Part shown: in pieces, positions 24,766 to 32,000 of the stretch
Numbering within the stretch: the stretch's first letter is position 1
Layout: each line of letters begins with the position of its first letter
Assembly: GCF_000025925.1 (NCBI RefSeq)
Contig: NC_014033.1
Location: 1,620,001 to 1,652,000, forward strand
Length of the DNA stretch: 32,000 nt
Direction: 5' to 3'
Origin: Xylanibacter ruminicola 23
Lineage (GTDB): Bacteria > Bacteroidota > Bacteroidia > Bacteroidales > Bacteroidaceae
Program-made: the position numbers and the translations under genes
The notes under the pieces: model-generated
Seen by the model: only the letters and a program-made list of their open reading frames with translations
The model's database searches: none
Told to the model about the DNA's origin: nothing

Positions 24766-25938
24766 ATGATTTGGCAGATATTACACATTATTGACATCAC
24801 CCTCTGGGTACTCATCTTAGGCTCAGTAGCATATGTAGCATTCTTCGCCGTTATCTCATTATTTTATGAAAAAGAAGATCGCGTTGCTATTCATGCTGCA
24901 GCATTGACTAACAGGATGACAAAATTCCTCATTCTTTACCCTGCATATAACGAGGATCGCGTCATTATCAACGCTGTTGAACACTTCCTGGAACAGGATT
25001 ATCCAGCAGACTTATACACAGTAGCTGTTATCTCTGACCACATGAAGTCTGAGACCAACGAGTACTTGCGTACGCTCCCCATTAAACTTCTTACCCCAAC
25101 ATTCGAGAAGAGTTCGAAAGCCAAGGCTATGCAGTATGCCATCAACGAGATTCCAGAAACATTTGACAACGTCGTTGTGCTTGATGCCGACAATGTAGTA
25201 CGTCCAGAATTCCTATCGCAGCTAAATATTTTATGTTCTGTTTACGATGCCATCCAGTGTCATCGCTGCGCCAAGAATGCCAATAACGATGTCGCTGTAC
25301 TTGATGGAGCCAGTGAGGAAATCAACAATACCATCTTCCGCAAGGCTCATAATCGCCTTGGTTTATCTTCAGCTTTAATTGGATCTGGTATGTGCTTTAA
25401 TTACGAACTTTTTAGGAAGAACGTTTTCCAACTTTCTACTGCAGGTGAGGACCGCGAGATGGAGGCATTGTTACTCCATCAAGAAGTATTTATCAAATAT
25501 GCCCCTGAGATTCACGTGTTCGATGAAAAGGTCAGCAACCAGGACAACTTCCAAAAGCAGCGCATGCGTTGGATGACAGCTCAGGTTCAAAGCCTTATGA
25601 GCAACATACCAAAGATACCAGGCGCATTAATTCATGGAAAAATTAACTTTGTAGATAAGACTATCCAACAGGCATTGATTCCACGCTCAATCCTGATAGT
25701 CCTTTTAACAGGTATTTCTATTTTTGTAACGCTAACTATTCCACAATGGTGTGAGAAATGGTGGATTACATTGGCAATATTAAGTCTGTCATTATTCGTC
25801 GCCATTCCCAAGGAAATACGTTTCCGTTCATTCTCAAAAGTCTTTACTATCCCAGGATTAGTTCTTCGAATGCTGAAGAATGTCCTCCATATAGATAGAA
25901 AGAATACCGACTTCATACATACCGAACATACAACATGA
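24766..25938 (+). CDS. Membrane-embedded GT2 with synthase-type motifs (QxxRW = QRMRW), paralog B
   Basis: It is colinear with paralog A over its whole length (ILYPAYNED, VLDADN, GSGMCF, TAGEDREMEA, QRMRW). The start is set at the ATG at 24766, because the ORF-track extension from 24499 overlaps gene A. Confidence 0.8.
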   Translation: MIWQILHIIDITLWVLILGSVAYVAFFAVISLFYEKEDRVAIHAAALTNRMTKFLILYPAYNEDRVIINAVEHFLEQDYPADLYTVAVISDHMKSETNEYLRTLPIKLLTPTFEKSSKAKAMQYAINEIPETFDNVVVLDADNVVRPEFLSQLNILCSVYDAIQCHRCAKNANNDVAVLDGASEEINNTIFRKAHNRLGLSSALIGSGMCFNYELFRKNVFQLSTAGEDREMEALLLHQEVFIKYAPEIHVFDEKVSNQDNFQKQRMRWMTAQVQSLMSNIPKIPGALIHGKINFVDKTIQQALIPRSILIVLLTGISIFVTLTIPQWCEKWWITLAILSLSLFVAIPKEIRFRSFSKVFTIPGLVLRMLKNVLHIDRKNTDFIHTEHTT

Positions 25939-27485
25939 GCGAACGAGTACATAGAAGCGTAATGAATATCAAAGTGGGAATGCTATTTTACTTTCTCTCT
26001 TTGATTCTTGCATTCTTCTCCCGGAAGATATTTCTTGACTGTCTTGGAGCAGAGTTTATTGGACTAACAGGTATGCTCATGAACATTATGAGTTTCCTAA
26101 GCGTTGCAGAATTAGGTATTGGTACCAGTATAGTCTATTTCCTCTACAAGCCGCTTCAAGAAGATAATCATGAAAGGATTAATGAGGTGATGTCCATGTT
26201 GGCATTTCTATATCGCTGCATAGGTTTTATCATCCTTTTTGCAGGAATGACTGTTAGTATATTCTTTCCCTGGTGGTTTAATGACCTCGAAACAGGTCTT
26301 CCACTCGTATACTTTGCATTCTACTCTTTTTTAGCATCTTCAGCTGCTGGATATATTTTCAACTATAAACAACTATTGGTTGGAGCAAATCAAAAGCAAT
26401 ACTTAGTCAATTCCTACTTTCAAACTATAAGCATCGTTCAGAGTATTACCCAAATTTTACTCGCATATTATTATCGTAACCTATGGTTATGGGTTGTTGT
26501 AGGTCTAGTATTCACCATCGTAGGAATCATCATTTTTAATTATCGTATCCAGGAACTATATCCATGGCTTAGAATCAATCTGGGTGAAGGCCGTAAGAAT
26601 TTAAAGAAATACCCAGAAGTCCTAAAAAAAACCAACCAGGTTTTTATCCAAAAGATTAAAGATTTCATTCTCTACCACAGTGACGAAATTATGGTGGGCA
26701 TGTTCGTCTCTGTTGTCAAGGTTGCTTTCTATGGCAATTATACCATGATTATCAACAAACTTAATTTCATGGTGAACATATTATCGGAAGGCCTAAGTGC
26801 TGGTGTTGGAAATCTTTTGGCAGAAGGTGATGAACGTAACATCATGAAAGTTTTTTGGGAGCTAACCGCCGCGCGTTTCCTAGTACTTGGTATTATCATC
26901 TTCTCACTCCTGTTATTTTTTCAGCCGTTTATCGGCTGTTGGCTTGGTAAAGAATATCAACTAAGCAATATCATTGTATATCTAGTAATATTTAATCTCT
27001 TCATTCGCTATCAGACAGCTGCCGTATATATTTATATTGGCTCAGCAGGATTGTTCTCTGATGTGTGGGCAGCCTGGACTGAATTGATTGTCAACATCTC
27101 TGTCACACTTCTGCTCGCACCTACATATGGTATTGCCGGTATTTTGTTAGGCAAGATTATCAGTTTTGGTTTCATCAGCTCATTCTGGAAACCATACTAC
27201 CTATTCTCCCAAGCATTCCACAGGAGTGCGTGGGAATATTGGCGTGGCATGGTTCCTTATTACATAATCTTTGTACTCTTTACCCTGTTAACAATCTGGC
27301 TTAAGCTGAATGTTATGGACCAACATTCAGATACTTTCCTTTCGTTAGCAATCTATGGATTAGCCATATCTGTTCCACTCTTTGTATTATTCTTCATTCT
27401 GCTTTTCCAATTTACCCCTGGTATGAAATTCTTCATTGCGCGAAAGCCTGCAGTACTGAAGATTCTAAATCATATTACAATTTAA
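25935..27485 (+). CDS. wzx: Wzx-type oligosaccharide flippase (MOP / polysaccharide biosynthesis protein family)
   Basis: 516 aa with about 12-14 TM segments and the typical N-terminal block (KVGMLFYFLSLILAFFSRKIFLDCLGAEFIGL). Its start overlaps the previous stop as ATGA. Confidence 0.85.
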   Translation: MSERVHRSVMNIKVGMLFYFLSLILAFFSRKIFLDCLGAEFIGLTGMLMNIMSFLSVAELGIGTSIVYFLYKPLQEDNHERINEVMSMLAFLYRCIGFIILFAGMTVSIFFPWWFNDLETGLPLVYFAFYSFLASSAAGYIFNYKQLLVGANQKQYLVNSYFQTISIVQSITQILLAYYYRNLWLWVVVGLVFTIVGIIIFNYRIQELYPWLRINLGEGRKNLKKYPEVLKKTNQVFIQKIKDFILYHSDEIMVGMFVSVVKVAFYGNYTMIINKLNFMVNILSEGLSAGVGNLLAEGDERNIMKVFWELTAARFLVLGIIIFSLLLFFQPFIGCWLGKEYQLSNIIVYLVIFNLFIRYQTAAVYIYIGSAGLFSDVWAAWTELIVNISVTLLLAPTYGIAGILLGKIISFGFISSFWKPYYLFSQAFHRSAWEYWRGMVPYYIIFVLFTLLTIWLKLNVMDQHSDTFLSLAIYGLAISVPLFVLFFILLFQFTPGMKFFIARKPAVLKILNHITI

Positions 27486-27494
27486 TACACGCCT

Positions 27495-28412
27495 ATGAAA
27501 TCTATCATTGTCATATTCCCCTACTTCGGGAAACTACCACCACAATACAAAATGTGGCGGGCATCAGCATTATACAATACAGACATAGACTACCTTTTTT
27601 TTACCGACTGTGATGTAGAGTCAGCAGAAAACATTATCGTGCATAAGATGTCATTTGCGGAATTCAGACAAATAACGCAAAGCAAGTTTGACTTTCCCAT
27701 TGTACTTGATCGTCCATACAAAATATGTGACTACCGACCTGCCTTTGCATATATTCTCTCCGAATACGTGAAGGACTACGACTTCTGGGGATGGGGTGAC
27801 CTTGATGTTGTATATGGCAACATACGTCATTTCGTCACTGATGATGTATTATCTCGTTATAAAATGATTTCCGGCTACGGGCATTTCACACTCTATAAAA
27901 ATGATGATTATACCAATACCTTCTTCATGAAAGAAGTCGAAGGCTTTGTCAGTTACAGAGACGCTTTTACCCAACGACGCTCCATGTTTTTTGACGAATA
28001 TGAATACAAAGGATTTGGTGACAAGTGGCGTGGTTGCCACCCCGAAGACTGTTGGTTAGAATGGCCCTTCGACAATGCTTCCAAACCTAAGCAGAGTTAC
28101 CATTTCAATAGTATGACTCGTGGTTGGAAACAGGTTATCTTTGAACATATCGGGAATAAACTTTATATGTTACGCTTTAACAATGGACGGTTAGAGAAGC
28201 AAGAGTCACTCTATGCGCATTTCCAACATCGTGGGTTCATGAAAGACAAGGTCACTGACTATAGTCATTTTCTTGTAACCCCAGGAGCCATCATTGACTA
28301 TCCCAGACATTTCGTGAACCTGCAACTTCGCTGGCTCTGTCGTAATCGCTCAATAATGACCATGTATTACCAGTGGAAAGATCGAATTTTGTGGAAATTA
28401 AAACATAGTTAG
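27495..28412 (+). CDS. DUF6625-like putative glycosyltransferase common in capsule/EPS loci
   Basis: The FPYFGKLPPQYKMW...IDYLFFTD and WGWGDLDVVYGNIRHF blocks match my recollection of that family. The family name is recalled from memory and not verified. Confidence 0.6.
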   Translation: MKSIIVIFPYFGKLPPQYKMWRASALYNTDIDYLFFTDCDVESAENIIVHKMSFAEFRQITQSKFDFPIVLDRPYKICDYRPAFAYILSEYVKDYDFWGWGDLDVVYGNIRHFVTDDVLSRYKMISGYGHFTLYKNDDYTNTFFMKEVEGFVSYRDAFTQRRSMFFDEYEYKGFGDKWRGCHPEDCWLEWPFDNASKPKQSYHFNSMTRGWKQVIFEHIGNKLYMLRFNNGRLEKQESLYAHFQHRGFMKDKVTDYSHFLVTPGAIIDYPRHFVNLQLRWLCRNRSIMTMYYQWKDRILWKLKHS

Positions 28413-28439
28413 GATTAATAACACATAAAGGATAAGATT

Positions 28440-29624
28440 ATGAAACTTGCAGTTTTAACATGTGGCATGCTCCCCATCCCCGCAGTACAAGGTGGAGCGG
28501 TAGAGAACCTGATTGATTTCTATCTCGAATATAATAACAATCACCATCTACATGATATTACAATATACAGCCCATGGGATGACAAACTAGTTGGACATCC
28601 TGCCTTAGCTTCTGATGTTAATCACTATCATTATATTGATGTCAGTAGTTTGAGGGCCAGGTTGGAAAGGAGACTTTTTAAGTTCTTCCGATACACATCT
28701 AAAGACTATTTTAACTACTTTATAGAATACTATTTTGAGAAAGCATATGCTGATATAAAAAACAGGCATTATGACTACATCATATTAGAAAACAGTGATG
28801 GTCACGCATATAAACTATCTCAAAGAGGATATAGAAATATTATCATACACATGAATAACGAAGCCCGCAAATCAAGGGCACAATATCATAGAGAGTTTCA
28901 GAACAATATATCCCTGATTCTAACCTGTTCAGACTTTATCAGAGATAGTATTTCCAATTTCATGCCGGCATGTAAGACAAAAACCCTTTACAATGCTATA
29001 GACACGAAGAAATTCTTCCCAAAAGAAAATCCAAGCCTAAAGCGTGAAATAATTGGGCTTAAAAATAATGACTTTGTAATTGTATATAGCGGTCGTATTA
29101 ACGAAGAAAAGGGCATATCAGAACTAATAGATGCCATGCTCCAACTTAAAGACTACCCCAATATTAAATTAATGATAATCGGCGGCACTTTCTATGGTAA
29201 TGCTAAAAACGAAAATGAATTTGTTCGCTCACTAAAGAATAAAGCCAAAAGCATTGAAGACAAAATCGTCTTCACTGGTTTTATTCCATACAAAAACGTA
29301 CCAGACTATTTACATCTTGCTGACATTGCAGCATTACCGTCTATGTGGGATGAGCCGTTTGGTTTAACAATCGTCGAAGCTTTGGCAGCAGGTCTGCCCC
29401 TTATCACAGCACGAAGTGGTGGAATTCCAGAGATCTGCGAAGGAGTAGCAACAATTGTCAATAGAGACAACATTGTTAACAACCTTACCTCTGCCATTAT
29501 CGATTTATATAATCATCCTGAGAAAAGGATACAAATGGCAGTTGCTTCAATTGATCGTGCCAAACACTTCGACAAGGAAGTGTATGCAGAGAAATTCTTC
29601 GCCGCAATAAAGGACTTATCCTAG
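28440..29624 (+). CDS. Family 4 (GT-B, Glycos_transf_1) glycosyltransferase
   Basis: It has an N-terminal GGAVENL block and a C-terminal EPFGLTIVEALAAGLPLITARSGGIPEI E-x7-E signature. Confidence 0.9.
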   Translation: MKLAVLTCGMLPIPAVQGGAVENLIDFYLEYNNNHHLHDITIYSPWDDKLVGHPALASDVNHYHYIDVSSLRARLERRLFKFFRYTSKDYFNYFIEYYFEKAYADIKNRHYDYIILENSDGHAYKLSQRGYRNIIIHMNNEARKSRAQYHREFQNNISLILTCSDFIRDSISNFMPACKTKTLYNAIDTKKFFPKENPSLKREIIGLKNNDFVIVYSGRINEEKGISELIDAMLQLKDYPNIKLMIIGGTFYGNAKNENEFVRSLKNKAKSIEDKIVFTGFIPYKNVPDYLHLADIAALPSMWDEPFGLTIVEALAAGLPLITARSGGIPEICEGVATIVNRDNIVNNLTSAIIDLYNHPEKRIQMAVASIDRAKHFDKEVYAEKFFAAIKDLS

Positions 29625-29626
29625 CA

Positions 29627-30670
29627 TTAACGTTTTCTTACTCCAAATAGCAGATAGGCCAATGTTGGACTCATTCTCAAGATCCTACTAATAACCAGAC
29701 ATCCTGCTACAATTATTAGCATGATTATTAACGTAATTGTTAGTTCGATAATAGGTATGGGATGTTCTGCCAAAGATGTGAAATACATCTTTAAATTAAC
29801 AGGAAGCAAAAGATAATGCAGTAAATATATATCCAAGGTTCTTCGGCCTACATATTGTAAACACCTCCCTACGAACCTATCTTTTTTAAATAAATCCTGA
29901 TGGATTCTGAAGAAAGAGAAGACAATGACGATTCCCGTAAGGGCAGTGGTTAATTCTAAAAGATTGATATGTGTGGCTCTTAATTCAACATAATACAAAT
30001 TGAAGCCAAAGAAAATAACCAGACAAATCATAAGAACAGGTGTCTTATCAAGAATTGTCTGAACCATATTAAAGTGCTTTCTGAATAATGTACCGATCGT
30101 AAAGAAAAGGAAATACCCCCACTTCTCCATTGACAGAAGGTCCTTTATGTCATTTTCTATTGGCAATTTCGAGAAGACAGACGGTACATAAAACAACAAA
30201 AAGAACAAAGCGCCCACTGAAAGAATGATGATATCAGTATATATGCTTTTACAATGAATAAGATATAAAACATATCTACAAATTGCATATACACAGAAGA
30301 ACAAATACAAACTCAAAGTGAACCAATAGCCCAGTTTCGAATCTGTATACAAGCCTTCCATAACACCAATATGGTTGATTATAAGAAAAACAAAGAAGAA
30401 GATGGACGTAGTAATAATTTGTGCGGAAAATTTCATTACAAATAGAAATTTCGTAGCATAACTTGCATTCCATATAGTTTCTTCCTTATATAGAACAAAA
30501 CCGCTGATAAAAAAGAAAAGAGGCATTCTGAATTCGCACAGGACAGGATGAATCGAAGGAACGTAGTCACCTATACCTAAACAAAACGCTGCCACATGAT
30601 GCGCAACAACCAACAACATAGTAAAGCCACGCATGGCATCAATATACTCTATTCTCTTACTGTCATTCAT
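29627..30670 (-). CDS. Family 3 acyltransferase (polysaccharide O-acyl/acetyltransferase)
   Basis: 347 aa with about 10 TMs and the N-terminal RIEYIDAMRGFTMLLVVAHH motif. Confidence 0.88.
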   Translation of the reverse strand: MNDSKRIEYIDAMRGFTMLLVVAHHVAAFCLGIGDYVPSIHPVLCEFRMPLFFFISGFVLYKEETIWNASYATKFLFVMKFSAQIITTSIFFFVFLIINHIGVMEGLYTDSKLGYWFTLSLYLFFCVYAICRYVLYLIHCKSIYTDIIILSVGALFFLLFYVPSVFSKLPIENDIKDLLSMEKWGYFLFFTIGTLFRKHFNMVQTILDKTPVLMICLVIFFGFNLYYVELRATHINLLELTTALTGIVIVFSFFRIHQDLFKKDRFVGRCLQYVGRRTLDIYLLHYLLLPVNLKMYFTSLAEHPIPIIELTITLIIMLIIVAGCLVISRILRMSPTLAYLLFGVRKR

Positions 30671-30702
30671 AATGCAGATAAAAATATTAGTTTAACTAGA
30701 TA

Positions 30703-31776
30703 CTATTCAAAACTCAAAACAAACTTCGTACTCTTGTCAATACCTTTCGTCACTCGACTAGAAATATAATTGCATACTATACCATATAAAACCGATACTA
30801 TAAAAGTAATAAATATAACAACTAAAATTAGGATCAAATACATGGGATAGCTTTTTGTGTCCAGAAGATTCCTATCCACCGTCTCCAGAATGGATTGTAT
30901 GCGGTTTGTTACATGTATGATATAAACGGCCAAGGTTCCGCTGGCAATCCAGTTAATGGCCTTATTATGGAACGTTTTGTAAAGGAATGGCAGGAAAGTA
31001 CAGACAGATGAAAAAACGACAATAGGACTAGAGTAGTTCCAACACCACTTCACACCTGCCACAAAACTGAATATAATGATAATGGTTGAGAGCAGATACC
31101 CCAACACCCAAACCCAAGGTTTTATCTTTTTAATATCATCTTCATAGAGTTTGATGCATCGAGCAATCATATACATGAGTACAAAATGAACAACCGAATA
31201 GCCACGATTATATCCCAGTTCCTCTACTTCCATAATGCAATCAAACCAGAACTCCAGCCCCCAGAAAAGAAGTATCCATTTTAAACTGGCCCTTCCATAA
31301 TTATCTACAAATGCATTAATCACAGGTGATAATATCATCAGCATAAAATAGCACTGAATAAAATAACCTGCGTAGGAGATAACAAAGCATCTCTCAATAA
31401 ATTCAGTCAATACGAATTCATGATCACTGAAACATTTCACAATATACAATGGTACATATATTAAGGCTAGGTAAATAATTAATTTCAGGATCGAACTGAG
31501 TTTTAACCTTATACCGAAGTAGCCCGATATAATAACAAACATATTCACGCAGATTATCACAGCAGCACTGATGATCATCTGTCCAGTCCTAAATAATGTC
31601 GGATTGCTTATATCATAGGTAGGTAGAGGTCAGTCCCCCAAGAACCACCCATTAAAATGAACAATCAGCACAGCAAATGTTGCAATAATCCGGTATAATT
31701 CAATACTGGAATTCCTTGGAGAGCGATTAGCATTCTTATCTTTCAACATAATAGCAAAAATTTCGTTCTTAACCAT
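30703..31776 (-). pseudogene. Family 3 acyltransferase interrupted by an in-frame TGA (plus-strand 31630-31632)
   Basis: My hand translation of the minus strand from the ATG at 31776 gives MVKNEIFAIMLKDKNANRSPRNSSIELYRIIATFAVLIVHFNGWFLGD-stop-PLPTYDISNPTLFRTGQMIISAAV.... This runs in the same frame into the 291-aa ORF 30703-31578. The IELYRII...VH motif is the Acyl_transf_3 N-terminus. Confidence 0.75.
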
Positions 31777-32000
31777 TACTTGATTTTATACGGTACTTCC
31801 CTGCCATAAGAGGAAAATATTTTTCTGTAGCGATAATAAACGGAATGAACAGTAGTAAGACCAACACAGCAAAGACAACATCCGTAACAGATGGCGCTGC
31901 GAATACCCATACCAAATCTATCAGTATCTTATGTAATCCGAGTATGATAATAGTTCCTCGCGAAAAAATGGCAATAACCTTCGGGGCACATCCGAATAAT
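31769..32000 (-). CDS. C-terminal part of a polytopic membrane protein (gene continues beyond the window)
   Basis: Hand translation of the minus-strand frame gives ...APKVIAIFSRGTIIILGLHKILIDLVWVFAAPSVTDVVFAVLVLLLFIPFIIATEKYFPLMAGKYRIKSSNG-stop. The stop overlaps the acyltransferase ATG (ATGGTTAA). It is absent from the ORF track because it has no start inside the window. Confidence 0.55.
   Translation of the reverse strand, partial: LFGCAPKVIAIFSRGTIIILGLHKILIDLVWVFAAPSVTDVVFAVLVLLLFIPFIIATEKYFPLMAGKYRIKSSNG

Noticed and set aside
27595-27602. T8 homopolymer early in the DUF6625-like gene as a slipped-strand phase-variation switch
   Set aside because: The tract is short. Similar A/T runs of 6-8 nt are common throughout this AT-rich block (for example A8 at 18961-18968), so there is no specific support.
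31630-31632. TGA as selenocysteine or programmed read-through
   Set aside because: There is no reason for Sec in an acyltransferase loop, and I saw no obvious hairpin immediately downstream. A nonsense mutation or sequencing error is the simpler explanation.
31779-31910. Small Cys-rich ORF (MGIRSAICYGCCLCCVG...) ending at the acyltransferase start
   Set aside because: A different minus-strand frame over the same DNA gives a long, stop-free, clearly membrane-protein-like sequence reaching the window edge. The Cys-rich reading is an off-frame artefact.
1-32000. Scan for tRNA, rRNA, CRISPR arrays, IS elements, integrases, toxin-antitoxin pairs and defence genes
   Set aside because: None was recognised. 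There are no regularly spaced 25-40-nt repeats, no T-loop GGTTCGAATCC-type motifs outside coding frames, and no transposase or recombinase-like ORFs. All ORFs longer than 200 aa are accounted for by metabolic or EPS functions.

Overview
The window looks like a Bacteroidota chromosome segment. The evidence is repeated TAnnTTTG -7 promoter boxes, no Shine-Dalgarno sites, and gene content resembling Prevotella/Bacteroides; the taxon is my inference. Positions 1-16.2 kb are ordinary housekeeping and sugar-metabolism genes. These are rubrerythrin, a WecB-like epimerase, ribE, a HAD phosphatase, malQ, mltG, glnS, a TPR protein, a DedA protein, the GDP-mannose/GDP-fucose genes manC-gmd-fcl, and xylB. 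Positions 16.4-29.6 kb form one tightly packed plus-strand exopolysaccharide operon that is visibly more AT-rich. It encodes a CheY-like receiver, a pseudo-receiver fused to a phosphoglycosyl transferase, a short TolC-like secreted protein, a Wzz/GumC-type co-polymerase with a P-loop domain, a Wzy-like polymerase, a GT2, two tandem synthase-type membrane GT2 paralogs, a Wzx flippase, a DUF6625-like protein and a GT4. A minus-strand group converges on this operon with only a 2-nt gap: two family-3 acyltransferases (one broken by an in-frame TGA) and a partial membrane protein. I found no rRNA, tRNA, CRISPR array, transposase or integrase. The most interesting items are: the unusual composition of the EPS operon; the receiver / pseudo-receiver-PGT regulatory pairing with a Met/Asp-rich repeat insertion; a promoter-driven structured RNA of about 190 nt upstream of ribE that I cannot classify with certainty; and heptad-periodic repeats, sharing a 25-mer at 24 of 25 positions, that flank the ribE-HAD pair. 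All functional calls rest on motif recognition by eye, since no database search was possible.
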